Shown: positions 18,868 through 29,797, counted from the first letter of the stretch. The stretch: DNA of 64,000 bases from Candidatus Dojkabacteria bacterium (GCA_025999215.1 AP024679.1:433082-497081); one strand, 5' to 3'. Numbers and translations: made by a program. The notes: a model not told the origin generated them from the sequence alone.

Positions 18868-21426
18868 TTATTTTTGTTGCAACATCAAATTGATTGTTTT
18901 CTTTTGAACAATGATAGCTAGTAATCCTATCAAAGTTAGGATTTGAATATAGATATAGTAATAAATGCTTATAGGAGTTATGTTGTAATAACTACTTACT
19001 GGAAAAAAAGTACCTAAAAGAATAGCCAAAATGGTTATAACCCATGAAGTTTTTAGTAGTTTAGGTTGGAGTTTAGATAAAACTAACCTTAAAAACAAGA
19101 AAAGTACAAAACTTCCAATGTATGTTGTTAGGGCTGTTAAAATAAATCTATCGCTACCGATGGGATGTTTGATGATTGGTAAGAATGTAAACAATGCTGA
19201 ACCTACCACCCCAACTCCATACATCAGAATTAAAACTGGTAATTTAGTTAATTTTCTACTTTCCCAAAATGTTATTGCAACAAACAATAAACTAAAAGCC
19301 ATATAGCACATTGTAAGTGCGGTGTTAAAATCAGTATTTTCCACCTCATTTGGCAGATCGTTCAGTTTTAAAATAACATAAAAAAAAGAAATCAATGTAC
19401 CTAAAACAATGCTTGATGGCACTGATGACAAAAAAACATCGTGCATAAATTTTCCAGAATTTACAACTGCTTCTCTAGTAAAACTTACAATGTAACTTGG
19501 GACTGAAGATGCAAAAAAACCAAAAAGAAGAGTTGAGGTTGGGAAAATAGGTAGTGGTTCTCTGTAAACAAAACTTACAAACATCACTAGCACCATGGTG
19601 ATAATGGATTTAGCTAGAAATATTTTGCTTGCAAATCTCAAATTGAATATTATGTTATTTCCTTCAAAGAAAATCTCAGGAATTTTTCTATAATCATTTT
19701 TGAGTAAAACAATATCTGCTATCTCTCGGGTTATTTTAGATCCACTCTCCATAGCTATACCAACATCCGCTTTTTTCATTCCCAACACATCATTTACACC
19801 GTCACCAACCATTGCAACTTTGAGTCCTTTTTCTTTAAGCTGTTTTATGATCGATAATTTATCTTCTGGTCTTGCTCGCGCAAATACTTGTTTTTCTAGA
19901 GCTAATTCTTCAACTGATAATCTCGTTTGACTTAAATCAACTACTTTATCTGTTGAGATGCCTATTTTTTCAACTATAGATTGAACAGAGCTTAAACTAT
20001 CTCCAGAGATTACTTTTAACTCAATATTTTGTTTTTGTATTTTTTTAATGATTTCTCTGATGCCTGGGTTTAAACTTTCTTCAAATGCAAAAATCATTAC
20101 CTGATCCGTGGATTTAAATTCATTTAGTTTTGCGTGTTCATTAAACTGAAAATACAACCCTAATAAAATTCTCAATCCTTTTGATTCATAATTTGCTAAA
20201 ACTTTTTTTACCTCTTCTCTTGTTTTGGGTGAGATCCATTTTTCTAAAACATTTGGAGCGCCAAAAATTATTCTTTTATATCGTTCACCAATTTCAGCTT
20301 GGATTAAGCTAAATTTGTTTTTTGATGTGAATGGTATTTGTTCAAAATTGTGATAATCTTCACTCTCATATGAAGAAAAAATTTGTTCTAGAATTTCTTG
20401 CGTCTTATTTTTTCCAAAAATTTCGTGCGATACTGAAATGTAAAATTTACCTATTTCTTCTTCACCTACATTGAAAAAATTTTTATCAAACAGTTTCATT
20501 TCATTCGTGGTAATTGTACCTGTTTTATCCATACATAAAACATTAATCTTGGCCAACTCATCAATTGCTCCTTTTTTTTGAATTAAAATTCCTTTTCGTG
20601 ATAATTTAGTTACAGAAAGTGAGTATGTTAAAGTAAACAGAAAAATTAATGATTGAGGAATAATTAAAGCAAGAATTGATGTTACAGCTAAAACTTTTTG
20701 TTGATTGGAGAAATCTCCCGAGTTTGAAAGGATAAAATTTGTTACAGCTGAAACAAACCCCATGAGGGCTAAAAGAAGTGCTATAAAATTTCCTATTTTT
20801 TCAAGCTCACTTCTTGTTTGTTTAAAGCTTGTAGCTTCTGTCCCAAGTCTGTTAAGATAATTTTGTTTTCCAACATTTTGAACTTGATAGATTATTTCTC
20901 CGGTTACCACAAAACTTCCAGACAAAACTTCATCTCCAACTTTTTTTATAATGTAATCAGATTCTCCAGTTAACATTGACTCATCAATTTGAAGTAGTTT
21001 TTCATAAACTACTACTCCATCAGCAATAATTCCTTCACCTTCTCTAGCAAGAATTAGGTCATCTATCACAATTTCGCTTGCTGGTATTTCTTTAATTTTA
21101 CCATCCCTGATAACTTTTGCTGTCCTCTGAAATTCTTTTTTTAGTTCTTCAAGTCTTTTTTTGACTCTGATTTGATCCCAAACTCCGAAAGCAGAATTAA
21201 TTATCACAAAACTAGCAAAAACTAAAACTTCCTTCCAAAGCGAAAAAATAGCAAGAGCAGTAATTACGCTGATTAAGATTAGGTTGATAAAATTAAAGTA
21301 GTTTCTTCTAATTATAGTTAATGTAGAAGGAGAATAAGAATCTATAATTTCGTTAGATAGTCCAAGTTTTTTTTGCTTACTAACATCATTTTCACTTAAA
21401 CCTTTGAGATTATACCTATTGATCAT
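18868..21426 (-). CDS. P-type (E1-E2) cation-transporting ATPase
   Basis: CMDKTGTITTNEM (DKTGT phosphorylation site), the MVGDGVNDVLGMKKADVG hinge, TGES in the actuator domain, and about 10 TM segments. Ion specificity is not assignable. Confidence 0.9.
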   Translation of the reverse strand: MINRYNLKGLSENDVSKQKKLGLSNEIIDSYSPSTLTIIRRNYFNFINLILISVITALAIFSLWKEVLVFASFVIINSAFGVWDQIRVKKRLEELKKEFQRTAKVIRDGKIKEIPASEIVIDDLILAREGEGIIADGVVVYEKLLQIDESMLTGESDYIIKKVGDEVLSGSFVVTGEIIYQVQNVGKQNYLNRLGTEATSFKQTRSELEKIGNFIALLLALMGFVSAVTNFILSNSGDFSNQQKVLAVTSILALIIPQSLIFLFTLTYSLSVTKLSRKGILIQKKGAIDELAKINVLCMDKTGTITTNEMKLFDKNFFNVGEEEIGKFYISVSHEIFGKNKTQEILEQIFSSYESEDYHNFEQIPFTSKNKFSLIQAEIGERYKRIIFGAPNVLEKWISPKTREEVKKVLANYESKGLRILLGLYFQFNEHAKLNEFKSTDQVMIFAFEESLNPGIREIIKKIQKQNIELKVISGDSLSSVQSIVEKIGISTDKVVDLSQTRLSVEELALEKQVFARARPEDKLSIIKQLKEKGLKVAMVGDGVNDVLGMKKADVGIAMESGSKITREIADIVLLKNDYRKIPEIFFEGNNIIFNLRFASKIFLAKSIITMVLVMFVSFVYREPLPIFPTSTLLFGFFASSVPSYIVSFTREAVVNSGKFMHDVFLSSVPSSIVLGTLISFFYVILKLNDLPNEVENTDFNTALTMCYMAFSLLFVAITFWESRKLTKLPVLILMYGVGVVGSALFTFLPIIKHPIGSDRFILTALTTYIGSFVLFLFLRLVLSKLQPKLLKTSWVITILAILLGTFFPVSSYYNITPISIYYYIYIQILTLIGLLAIIVQKKTINLMLQQK

Positions 21427-21461
21427 AAAAAAATAATTACCTTTTAATCATATCAAATATA

Positions 21462-22037
21462 TCAAGATTTCCAAATTTCTTCTTCAAAATTAGTTTTAAA
21501 ATTTACGTATCTTGCAAATACAAACAACCAGTCCGAAAGTCTATTTAAATACGCTCTAATTTCAGGAATATTTTTTTTGAATGTTGGAGTTAATAATTTT
21601 TCATCAAGTAAGTCAAGTTCGAGAGTGTATGAAACGAATCTTCTTTCAGCTTTCCTACATATTGCTCTACATACGTGAAGTCTTGATCCGAGTTTGTTGC
21701 CTCCTGGCAGAATAAAATTTTTAAGAGTTGGAAGATTAGAATCCATTTCATCAATTGATTTTTCAATTTTTTTTGTAAGTTCATTCAAATTTATTTCTAG
21801 CTCTGCCCCAACAACTATAGCACCAATTGAAAATATACTACTTTGAACACACATCAATAATTCATCAAATTTTAAAAATTCTTTGAAATTTTCTTTCAAA
21901 ATTTCTCTTACAACTCCTAAGAAAGCATTAAATTCGTCAAGAGTTCCAATCAATTCTATAGTGTCACTTGCTTTGGATATTCTCCCCTTCACAACCGATG
22001 TTTTGCCATCATCTCCTGTTTTGGTGTATATTTTCAT
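21462..22037 (-). CDS. PduO-type ATP:cob(I)alamin adenosyltransferase
   Basis: MKIYTKTGDDGKTSVVKGRISKASDTIELIGTLDEFNAFLG is the PduO/MMAB-type N-terminus. 191 aa. Confidence 0.85.
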   Translation of the reverse strand: MKIYTKTGDDGKTSVVKGRISKASDTIELIGTLDEFNAFLGVVREILKENFKEFLKFDELLMCVQSSIFSIGAIVVGAELEINLNELTKKIEKSIDEMDSNLPTLKNFILPGGNKLGSRLHVCRAICRKAERRFVSYTLELDLLDEKLLTPTFKKNIPEIRAYLNRLSDWLFVFARYVNFKTNFEEEIWKS

Positions 22038-22096
22038 AAATTTTAAGTAAAAATATAGACAACTTAAATAATTTTTATTAGTATGTTGTTAGGTTA

Positions 22097-24664
22097 ATGA
22101 TACTACAAAAAATTTTTTTTACAATGAAATATTTAAAGTTAACAAAAAAAATATTCACTACAGTTTTGGTTTTTGGCATTTTTGGATTGGTTTTGCCTTC
22201 TATTTGGAGTGTAAATGCTATAGTAGATGTGCCTTTAGAGACTTACTCGAATACGCAGACAGAGGTAATTAAACCTACACCATCAATGAATGGTTTGTTT
22301 TGTTTTGTTCCTGCTGAAGTTAATCAAGCACTCTATGGATGTCCTATAGTTACAAGTTGTGGTTTCTTTAGTGATTTAATGTCTGTTGGTGAGACTGTTC
22401 TTTCTGGTACTACCTTTTTTAACACAGCATGTGATGCAACTAATGGAGATTCACAATTTAATCCTAATTCAGGAATTGGTTTAAATCACGTGGCATTAAA
22501 TGGTATTGATACTTTGTTAAACTTAAGACCTGTAAGTGGTGTAGATTATATTAACCAGAATGTTTATGCATTATCAAAGTTGGGTAACGTGAGCGCACAA
22601 GATGGTGGTAGGGTGCTTCCATATTATCCTGGACTTGGTTATCAGTTACAGGCACCAATGCAAGCTTTTTGGGGCTGGTCCGTTAATATAGTTTATGGTT
22701 TTTTGATAGTTTTGATAATTGTTGTAGCACTTGCAATAAGTTTCAGGCAAAGATTAGGCGGTAGCGCTGTTGTTACTTTACAAAATTCTATCCCAAATAT
22801 TGCTCTTGCTATGATTTTAGTACCACTCAGTTTTGCAATTACTGGTTTGTTTATTGATGCTATAACTGTCGGTTCGAATGTTGTTCATGGTTTTCTATTG
22901 GGACCTGGATCACCAGGTAGGGTTGTTATAGAAGGCGATGAAAACGATCGGCCCTTTAGTAGGGATCTATATCCAGATGATCCTGATTTACAGTTGTTAC
23001 AAGGAAGTATTGGAAACCCATTGGAATTATCTATTGAGGGTGGTACGGTTGGAGATGCTGCTTTTGATATTATTATTGGAGATAAAGGCACCACGAGGGA
23101 TGCAATTGATAAAGGTTTGTTAATTTTTTCTCCACTTTTTCCATTTGCAGCTATAACTATACTACTACAAGGTATATCTCAAATTCCAGTTGTTGGTGAA
23201 AGAACTACTTCTAGTATTTCTGAGTTGTTTGGTTTTGGCAGTGAGATTCCGCAGTTTGCAGCTTCGTGGTGGATAGGCCAATTTTTCACTTTATTTATGA
23301 ATATAATATTCTTTTTCACAGGTTTACGAATTTTATGGTTATTATTAAAAAAGTTTTTTGTTTTGATGATATCGCCTGTATTTTCTCCTTTTGTGTTTGC
23401 AACTATAGCAATTCCTGGAGTAGGTATGAAAAATGTTTATTCTTTTTTGAAATCACTAGGTGCTGTTTCAATATTTTATATTGTTGCTTATTCTATGATT
23501 TTGTTGGCAAATATTATTGGTAATATAAAATTTGTACAAAGCATAGAGCAACAATTTCAAGTTTCAGGTTATGTACCTCCATTACTAGGATTTAGTGGCA
23601 AATTTATTGAATTATCGGAAAAAATAATTAGTAGTGAAGGTACTGAAACTGGAGTCAATGCTTTAGTTTACTTGGTTATGTCTAGTGTTGCGGTTGTCAT
23701 CTATTTATCTATTCCAAAAACTCTAAGAGATATTGATAGAAGATTGGGAACAGATAGATCTATGTTAATGCCTATTTTGCAAGATACTATTCAGAGCGCA
23801 AGAGATTCTCTTGGAATTGGTAGAGAGTTAGGGTTATATGGTGCCAACTTAGCTGCGAGCGCCTACAATAGGTTTGCAGGTGTGGAAGCAGGGCAACCTG
23901 GAAGTGCGCAATACAGGTTTAGAAGATTTTTTTCTAACTCTTTGAATAGGTTAGATTCTCAATCAAATGATCCAAATAGGAGTTTTTTGGGTAGAGTTGC
24001 ATCTAGGTATGATAGGTTTGTAACAGGTCAAGTTGCTAGAGCTTTAGGTGTAACACCGCAAGGTTTTGATGAGCAAGGAAGGAGGTTGCCTGCTTCATTT
24101 AAGGTTCAATTTGTTCCAACTAAGTATGTAAATGAGTTTGGAATTATAACTTTTCCAAACTCATTCATTCAAGAAATATGTCAAGCAGCTACAGATGTTG
24201 GATCTAATAAATGGTCAATTGAGGGTTTTGTGATAATGAAGATAACTGCTGAAAATGCTGAGTTACCTTTTACATTTGATACAAATTCTGTTAGTATTCA
24301 AGAAGCAGTTAAAGCACCTGATGGTGCAACAGACATACCATCAGGTAAAACGGATACTCAAAGGTTGTATAAAGAGAAAGTAGATATATTTGGTGTGAGT
24401 AAAGCAACTAAAGGGGCTTTGTCCATTCAGCTGTCACCTAGATCTGCTCCTATGCCAACTGATGGTAAATCTGCAGGTATATTGTTTGATTTGGTTATAA
24501 ACGATGTAAGGAAATTGTTTGGATGGGATGGTCAAAAAATTGTAAAAGGGGACGCTATTATTTCAACTGTTTCCTCTGTCGTTATGTCGGACAAGATTTT
24601 CTTTGTTTTTAGGGATGGTGCTGCAGGACCAGTAAGGTTGCAATTGGGCGCAACACCTGATTAA
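22097..24664 (+). CDS. 855-aa polytopic membrane protein, possible VirB6/TrbL-like channel component (weak)
   Basis: Signal/TM segment, a Cys-containing ectodomain of about 180 aa, at least 6 TM helices, and an Arg-rich soluble C-terminal region of about 300 aa. The start may be the ATG at 22124 (MKYLKL). The VirB6-like idea rests on topology and context only. Confidence 0.55.
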   Translation: MILQKIFFTMKYLKLTKKIFTTVLVFGIFGLVLPSIWSVNAIVDVPLETYSNTQTEVIKPTPSMNGLFCFVPAEVNQALYGCPIVTSCGFFSDLMSVGETVLSGTTFFNTACDATNGDSQFNPNSGIGLNHVALNGIDTLLNLRPVSGVDYINQNVYALSKLGNVSAQDGGRVLPYYPGLGYQLQAPMQAFWGWSVNIVYGFLIVLIIVVALAISFRQRLGGSAVVTLQNSIPNIALAMILVPLSFAITGLFIDAITVGSNVVHGFLLGPGSPGRVVIEGDENDRPFSRDLYPDDPDLQLLQGSIGNPLELSIEGGTVGDAAFDIIIGDKGTTRDAIDKGLLIFSPLFPFAAITILLQGISQIPVVGERTTSSISELFGFGSEIPQFAASWWIGQFFTLFMNIIFFFTGLRILWLLLKKFFVLMISPVFSPFVFATIAIPGVGMKNVYSFLKSLGAVSIFYIVAYSMILLANIIGNIKFVQSIEQQFQVSGYVPPLLGFSGKFIELSEKIISSEGTETGVNALVYLVMSSVAVVIYLSIPKTLRDIDRRLGTDRSMLMPILQDTIQSARDSLGIGRELGLYGANLAASAYNRFAGVEAGQPGSAQYRFRRFFSNSLNRLDSQSNDPNRSFLGRVASRYDRFVTGQVARALGVTPQGFDEQGRRLPASFKVQFVPTKYVNEFGIITFPNSFIQEICQAATDVGSNKWSIEGFVIMKITAENAELPFTFDTNSVSIQEAVKAPDGATDIPSGKTDTQRLYKEKVDIFGVSKATKGALSIQLSPRSAPMPTDGKSAGILFDLVINDVRKLFGWDGQKIVKGDAIISTVSSVVMSDKIFFVFRDGAAGPVRLQLGATPD

Positions 24665-24674
24665 GGAAGTTTAC

Positions 24675-25691
24675 TTATTTAGCTCCAGCTCCTCTTAACC
24701 TATTAATCAATCCCACGACACTAGTTGGGTTCCTTTTGTCTCCAAAAAGAGCTTCAAAAAAGGTCCCTCCTAACGCACTTGTAAATTTACCGACATTGCT
24801 ATGAACTGGATTAAAAAGTGGCCTGGGCTTACTACCTTGTTCGAGTATATCCTTTATTGTTCTTGTATCTCCAAAAAAACTTGCAAAAAGACGAATTGGA
24901 AAAAGTTTTCTATTTTTTGTATACAAATAATTAACAGGTTTGTTTTTTCCTAGAGTTTGATACATATTACCTTCTATGTATGTTTGTGACTCCAAGCGAC
25001 TGCATGTTTTAAAAATTTTTTCAAAATACCTTATTTTTCTGTTTGGAATAGGGCGATTAAATTTTTTTGTAACAAGAAAACTATGAAAATCAGGATCTTT
25101 TGATTTTATTTTTTCAAGGAGCTCTATACGTCCTTGTATACTTTGTAGTTGCCTTTCTATAGGTAAAATTTGATTTAAGAGTGATTTTGGTAAACCATAT
25201 TCTTTTCGGAGCTCTTGTAAGACCCTTCTTCTTGCTTGCTGTTTAGACATAGCATTATTTGTTCCTAGTGTTTCAATTACTCTTTTTTCAAAAAAATTTT
25301 TTAAAGATTCTAAATCATTAGCTCTTTGTGCCTGATCGGTAGGGGTGGTAGTCGTTTGCTGTCCATTTGTAACATTTGGATTGTTTGTTTCAGTTGATGA
25401 TGAGAGTTCTTGTAATTTTTGATTAAGTCTTCCTATAAATTTATTTATAACATTTTCAACATCACTTGATTGAAGGGATTGTAATTCAGTAACTTCTATT
25501 CCAAGGGTTTGCCCGATCGGTTCAATAATCTCTTTAATGGTTGTAGTCAGCTTTTCGATATTTAGGTTAGCATTTGACTGTAGTTCTAATAGAAGTGCTT
25601 CCAATTCACTTAAAGCTTTATTCAAACTGTTTAAATTTTCATTTGTATTTTCTATTGGCTCGTTCGGTTGGGGTGGAATTGCTGATACCAT
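24675..25691 (-). CDS. Hypothetical coiled-coil protein
   Basis: Intact 338-aa ORF with an N-terminal heptad-like L/E/Q-rich region, a T/Q/N-rich linker and a basic C-terminal half. No family recognised. Confidence 0.5.
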   Translation of the reverse strand: MVSAIPPQPNEPIENTNENLNSLNKALSELEALLLELQSNANLNIEKLTTTIKEIIEPIGQTLGIEVTELQSLQSSDVENVINKFIGRLNQKLQELSSSTETNNPNVTNGQQTTTTPTDQAQRANDLESLKNFFEKRVIETLGTNNAMSKQQARRRVLQELRKEYGLPKSLLNQILPIERQLQSIQGRIELLEKIKSKDPDFHSFLVTKKFNRPIPNRKIRYFEKIFKTCSRLESQTYIEGNMYQTLGKNKPVNYLYTKNRKLFPIRLFASFFGDTRTIKDILEQGSKPRPLFNPVHSNVGKFTSALGGTFFEALFGDKRNPTSVVGLINRLRGAGAK

Positions 25692-25884
25692 TTTAATTTA
25701 CTAACATAAGAATTAATAAAACATGCCTGTAATTGTACTAATTTTATCAATTTTTAGTAATAATTAAAAATTTTTTATCAATTATATTTTTGTATTGTAA
25801 AATTTACCTTATAAGACTAAGTATTGAATAGTAAATTATTATTGATATAATTGTTTAATAATTAATCAATATATTTCAAAAGAT

Positions 25885-26424
25885 GTGAACAAATTAACTG
25901 AAATTTCTAATAGGTTTCGAGATAAAAAACTTAATGAGGTAACTAAAAAGTTAGCTAGAAAAGGTTTAGCTTCTGTTACTGGAGGGTCGTCTGAGCTTAT
26001 TCTAAAACTTAGAAATTTTGCAAAAAAACACAAAACTTTATCAATTACCATAGGATTATTTGCTTTTTTATTACCTTTATTACCCTTGTGTTTGCTTTTA
26101 TTTTTACCCCTTTTGTATGGTAATTTGCTTGATTTAGGGTATAGATTTGTAAAAGATAAATTACAAAGTATAATAAAAGATACTTTTTTAGACAGTATTT
26201 TTGGTGCTACATCAGATTTACCAACCTTTGCAGAAAATATTGAAAATGGCCGTTATTCCTGTATTGGTGATACTTATTTATTAGATACTCTTACGGGTGA
26301 AATTGTGAGTTTGTATGATATGTCACAGGAGCTTCAGGTAAATTTGACTTGTTTGCAACCTTTAGAGGTATATTTGGATCTGAAGTCGCAACAAAATATT
26401 AAAAATAGGTTTTTAGACAAATAA
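25885..26424 (+). CDS. Hypothetical membrane protein
   Basis: GTG start. One Leu/Pro-rich TM region (ITIGLFAFLLPLLPLCLLLFLPLLYG). No family recognised. Confidence 0.4.
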   Translation: MNKLTEISNRFRDKKLNEVTKKLARKGLASVTGGSSELILKLRNFAKKHKTLSITIGLFAFLLPLLPLCLLLFLPLLYGNLLDLGYRFVKDKLQSIIKDTFLDSIFGATSDLPTFAENIENGRYSCIGDTYLLDTLTGEIVSLYDMSQELQVNLTCLQPLEVYLDLKSQQNIKNRFLDK

Positions 26425-26593
26425 TTTTAAGTAGTTTTTTTTGACAAATTTATTTAGTAGAAAAACTAAGTGGAAATATTAATGGATGCTTACAAAATAT
26501 CATAAAGATTCTTGAGATCAATGATAGTTATAAAAATAACAGATGTGGTATAAACTTTAATTTTAAAAATTAAGTTAAACTAAATTTTGAGGT

Positions 26594-28318
26594 TTAAGTA
26601 TTTTTATTTTCAAAACTTTGAGGCTCATTGTAGGTCGGGGGCGTATAATAATTTGTAGTTATTGTAGTATCTGTAGCTGGTATTTGATATTGTTCCGTAA
26701 TTATTTCACTTTCAGTAGTTTTAATTTCTTCTTCTAATTCATCGGTGTCTCTTCTCCAAAGTGCGTACAGAAACCAAGGCACAAAAAGCAATACCAAAGA
26801 ACTAAAACAAATTAATAAAACTATAAATATTGAGTTTGGATTAATTTCTCGATTAAATAAAATTAAGCTTTCGTGTTTGTTTTGAGATTCTTCTCTCTCA
26901 AGAGGAGTTGGATCAACGCGAAACTGCCAATCAAAACTATTTGCTGCACCGCTTGTGTCACCTATTTCAACTTTTACATTGTGTAGACCTTCTTTTGCTA
27001 AATCTGTTGTAATGATACATCTAAACTCACTTTCGATCACTTCACAATTTTCCGAAATATCTTTTCCATCAAAATAAACTCTGAGGCTTTTCTCATCGAT
27101 GGATGAGTTTTGTGACGGTACTAATTTACCTTCAATTGTTTTTACCTCGGTAACAGTTGAATCTATTTCTGGTTTTACATTTAAAATCAAAGGAATGCTT
27201 GTTATTGTTTCATTTTGGTTTACCACAAACTTAGGAGAAACCTTACTTATTGCTATGCCATTATCAAACTGTACTTTAATTCGTAAGTAGTAAACTCCTT
27301 CACTCAAACTACTTACATCCCAACTAAATTTCCTTTCATTATTTTCAAGCTCAGCAATTTGAAAAAAGGTTTCTAAATTTGAACTATACTCAAGTATTTG
27401 TGATTTAGTTTGAGAATCTGGGCTTATTTCCCATACTATCTCTAGTAAATTATTTTCAATAATTTGGTCAGATTTTGGAGACAAAAATTCTAGAGAAATC
27501 TCAGCTTCTTTCATAGATTCACCATTATCTTGCTCTTCGTTTGGTTGATTGCTGTTAGAATTGTTTTGGCTTTGGTTAGATCCTAAAGATTCACTCACTT
27601 GAGTGTCTAAATTTTTTACGGTCAGTTTAAATTGTTGTTCAACTTCTCCACTTAATCCGTCATCAATTGAAATTATAACAGTGTAAGTGAGTTCACCTTG
27701 AGAAATTGTTGGCGTTTGAATTTTTAAGTTTGAACCGTTTAGTGTAACAAAGCTAGGAGCTTGCTTTATTCGAAAACTAATAGTATCACCATCAGCATCA
27801 AAACCTTCTAGTTTAAAAGTAAATTGCTCATTTTCATTCAAAATTAAATCATTCGGAAATTTTGTGAATGTTGGTAGTTCGTTTTGATTAGTGATTGTAA
27901 CAATTCTGGAGTTACAAACACTGTAGTAATTTTCGTTTTGGAGTTGTAAGCAAATTCTTAAACAATAATCTCCATCATTTAAATTGTTTGTGAGTGTTGA
28001 ATTTGTATTCCATGTTACAGTGTAGGGATCAGTTTGGCTAGATTGTCCAGTTGATGCGCTAGTTATACTTCCAAAATTTTGTGTGCAATTTTGTGAATCT
28101 AGAATTTCAGCCACAAAGGGGATGTTTTCGTTGTCATCATCATACATTATCCAAGAAACGTTTACTTCTCCTTTTAATTTTTTGTTGGGTGCAGGTTCAA
28201 TAACTTTAAAAACATCATTCACATCAGCTAGGGTGTTTGCTGTCGTATTTGTTTTAAAAAGTAAAAAAACTAGGCCAAGCGCTATAAAGCCAGTTAAAAA
28301 AATTTTGTTAAAATTCAT
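26594..28318 (-). CDS. Surface protein with Ig-like and cadherin-like (dystroglycan-type) domains and a C-terminal TM anchor
   Basis: Signal peptide. FKLEGFDADGDTISFRIKQAPSFVTLNG...YTVIISIDDGLSGEVEQQFKLTVKN is a cadherin-like/putative-Ig motif. C-terminal helix IFIVLLICFSSLVLLFVPWFLYALW. Confidence 0.65.
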   Translation of the reverse strand: MNFNKIFLTGFIALGLVFLLFKTNTTANTLADVNDVFKVIEPAPNKKLKGEVNVSWIMYDDDNENIPFVAEILDSQNCTQNFGSITSASTGQSSQTDPYTVTWNTNSTLTNNLNDGDYCLRICLQLQNENYYSVCNSRIVTITNQNELPTFTKFPNDLILNENEQFTFKLEGFDADGDTISFRIKQAPSFVTLNGSNLKIQTPTISQGELTYTVIISIDDGLSGEVEQQFKLTVKNLDTQVSESLGSNQSQNNSNSNQPNEEQDNGESMKEAEISLEFLSPKSDQIIENNLLEIVWEISPDSQTKSQILEYSSNLETFFQIAELENNERKFSWDVSSLSEGVYYLRIKVQFDNGIAISKVSPKFVVNQNETITSIPLILNVKPEIDSTVTEVKTIEGKLVPSQNSSIDEKSLRVYFDGKDISENCEVIESEFRCIITTDLAKEGLHNVKVEIGDTSGAANSFDWQFRVDPTPLEREESQNKHESLILFNREINPNSIFIVLLICFSSLVLLFVPWFLYALWRRDTDELEEEIKTTESEIITEQYQIPATDTTITTNYYTPPTYNEPQSFENKNT

Positions 28319-28354
28319 GCCTGATTATAGCAGTTTTTACTACAAATTTGCAGA

Positions 28355-29797
28355 TCAATCTAATTCTCCTGCACTATCTATCAAAATTTGAACATCGTTT
28401 TCGGCAGAAGATATTGCGCTCGAACTTGCATTCTTATCAATTAATTCTTTGAAAATTTCCTTAACTTGCAAACCCTTTACTTGACGCCAAGTTTTCGCAT
28501 GCGGCAAAGATTCATTGTAAATTTTTAAGTAACTATCACTTTCAAGTTCATTTGACATATCAAGCCTTGGGTAAAGAATTCCAAAGTCATACCCGTAGAA
28601 ATTTTTGATGTTATCACTAAGTTTTTTTAACTGCTGAGGCTCACTCATCCAGCTTAAGAAATCCCAAGCAACAGTTGAGTACGGTCTTGAGTTTGATACT
28701 ACTACCCCCCAGTAGTCCGTCCAATTAATTACAGGTTCATCTTGTCCTTGCAGTTGAGGAACTTGAGATATGCCAATATCCAAGCCTAAATCGTACTGTT
28801 TATTGTAAAAAAGTATGTCTCGCAATCTCCAACTTGGAGCATAAATCATTGCAGTTTTGCCTTCTAAGAAAGTTTTAGCATCGTTATCAAGGTTTGGACT
28901 CCAAGTTTGAAATTCATTTGTAGTAAAACTTTTATAAAAAATTATAGCATCAAGCGCATCTGGATCAGTTGAAAAAGTTGCATTACCATTTACATCTGTA
29001 AATTCTACCCCATTTTGTGCAAACAAAGTAAAAAGTAGTTGTGTTGGAAAGCTTACATTTTGAGAAGTTCCAGCAGCGAAACCAGCTTGAGTGATGATGT
29101 CACCATTTTTTTTGGTTAGATTTACTGCCACATTTCTAAATTCAGCCCATCCTGTTGGTGGAGCACTAATAGCGCTTTGTTGTAAAAGATCTTTGTTATA
29201 AATGATTGCAAAAGTGTCCATCCAAAGAGGAACCCCAATCACTTGACCGTTTGGTGCAAAATCGCTTACCACTGCTGGATAAAATTTACTTTGAAAAGTC
29301 TGCAAATTTTCTGTCGTGCTAATTCTTACATATGGCACATAATCAGCGGCCCAAGAGTTGTGAACCATAAACATATCTGGAATCTCAACGCTATTTCCAG
29401 ATGATATAACCCTATTCAATTCGCTATTGTATTGTTGCTCAGCGTTCTCAAATTTCCCACCGGGCCACTTATTGACATATTCAATTGTTACATTAGGCTT
29501 GATTGATTTATAATCGTCAAGCAGCGGGTTAACTACTTCTTCATCCACAAATACACCCCACCATTGTAGTACAACTGGGTCTGCATTAGCTGAATCAGGG
29601 GTTGAATTGTTTGATGAATTATTTGATCCAAGTAGTAAAAATATTAGTAAGATAAAGAGTATTATACCAATTACCACCAAAATTAATACCGCGAAGTTTT
29701 TGTTAGATGGAGGTTTAGAGCTTTTTTGCGTTGTTTCTTCGTAACTAAATGAAGGGTTAGCATACCCATAGGTTTGTGTTGTATAAGCATCTGCCAT
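28355..29797 (-). CDS. ABC-type extracellular solute-binding protein (family 1, sugar-type) with TM anchor, no adjacent permease or ATPase
   Basis: VVLQWWGVFVDEE, IPDMFMVHNSWAADYV, GVPLWMDTFAIIYNKDLL and GKTAMIYAPSW are typical family-1 SBP blocks. N-terminal helix FAVLILVVIGIILFILLIFLLL. Confidence 0.75.
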   Translation of the reverse strand: MADAYTTQTYGYANPSFSYEETTQKSSKPPSNKNFAVLILVVIGIILFILLIFLLLGSNNSSNNSTPDSANADPVVLQWWGVFVDEEVVNPLLDDYKSIKPNVTIEYVNKWPGGKFENAEQQYNSELNRVISSGNSVEIPDMFMVHNSWAADYVPYVRISTTENLQTFQSKFYPAVVSDFAPNGQVIGVPLWMDTFAIIYNKDLLQQSAISAPPTGWAEFRNVAVNLTKKNGDIITQAGFAAGTSQNVSFPTQLLFTLFAQNGVEFTDVNGNATFSTDPDALDAIIFYKSFTTNEFQTWSPNLDNDAKTFLEGKTAMIYAPSWRLRDILFYNKQYDLGLDIGISQVPQLQGQDEPVINWTDYWGVVVSNSRPYSTVAWDFLSWMSEPQQLKKLSDNIKNFYGYDFGILYPRLDMSNELESDSYLKIYNESLPHAKTWRQVKGLQVKEIFKELIDKNASSSAISSAENDVQILIDSAGELD

